The position numbers and the translations under genes are program-made. This document shows positions 63,803-64,000 of a stretch of DNA of 64,000 nucleotides, one piece after another. The notes beneath the pieces were generated by a model, which did no database searches, was not told where the DNA came from, and was given only the letters and a program-made list of their open reading frames with translations. Origin of the DNA: Carcharhinus amblyrhynchos (Eukaryota); contig OZ336878.1 of NCBI GenBank assembly GCA_965287045.1, forward strand, positions 69,316,001-69,380,000. Direction: 5' to 3'. Every line of letters begins with the position of its first letter. The first letter of the stretch is position 1.

Positions 63803-64000
63803 CAACCGGTAGATGTGGTGTTTTAGATTTCCAGAAGGCATTCGATAAGGTGCCTCACAAAAGGTTGCTGCAGAAGGTTAGGGTACATGGAGTTGGGGGT
63901 AAAGTGTTAGCGTGGATTGAGGATTGGCTGTCTAACAGGAAGCAGAGTGTTGAAATAAATGGGTGCTTTTCTGGTTGGCAGTTGGTGACTAGTGGCATGC
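63803..64000 (+). mobile_element. Young CR1 RT fragment (runs to window edge) in MYOC intron
   Basis: PVDVVFLDFQKAFDKVPHKRLLQKVRVHGVGG, near-identical to 38800-38990. Confidence 0.9.

Overview
Eukaryotic DNA, most likely from a shark or other elasmobranch, judged from HE1-type tRNA-SINEs, abundant CR1 LINEs and Penelope-type termini. The window holds most of PRRC2C (BAT2L2) on the + strand. I traced 30 coding exons from 2828 to the stop at 59282, all with GT-AG boundaries and consistent phase, giving about 2,626 codons; the N-terminal exons lie upstream of the window. The 3' UTR runs to about 60.4 kb. The last (olfactomedin-domain) exon of MYOC lies convergently on the - strand at 62330-63114, the same arrangement as human 1q24. 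Introns are full of CR1/LINE fragments and SINEs. Four things stand out. (1) A ~230-bp fold-back Penelope-type insertion with a target-site duplication carries a minimal hammerhead-ribozyme motif on each strand (19071-19160), with decayed relatives elsewhere. (2) A ~870-bp unexplained segment is duplicated into the two introns flanking one exon (45189-46054 and 48637-49544); it contains an H/ACA-snoRNA-like core and RBFOX/QKI motifs. (3) There are two candidate frame-preserving cassette exons near 17.6-18.1 kb. (4) Several exons start with a donor-like GT. All coordinates and alignments were read by eye; no database search was run.
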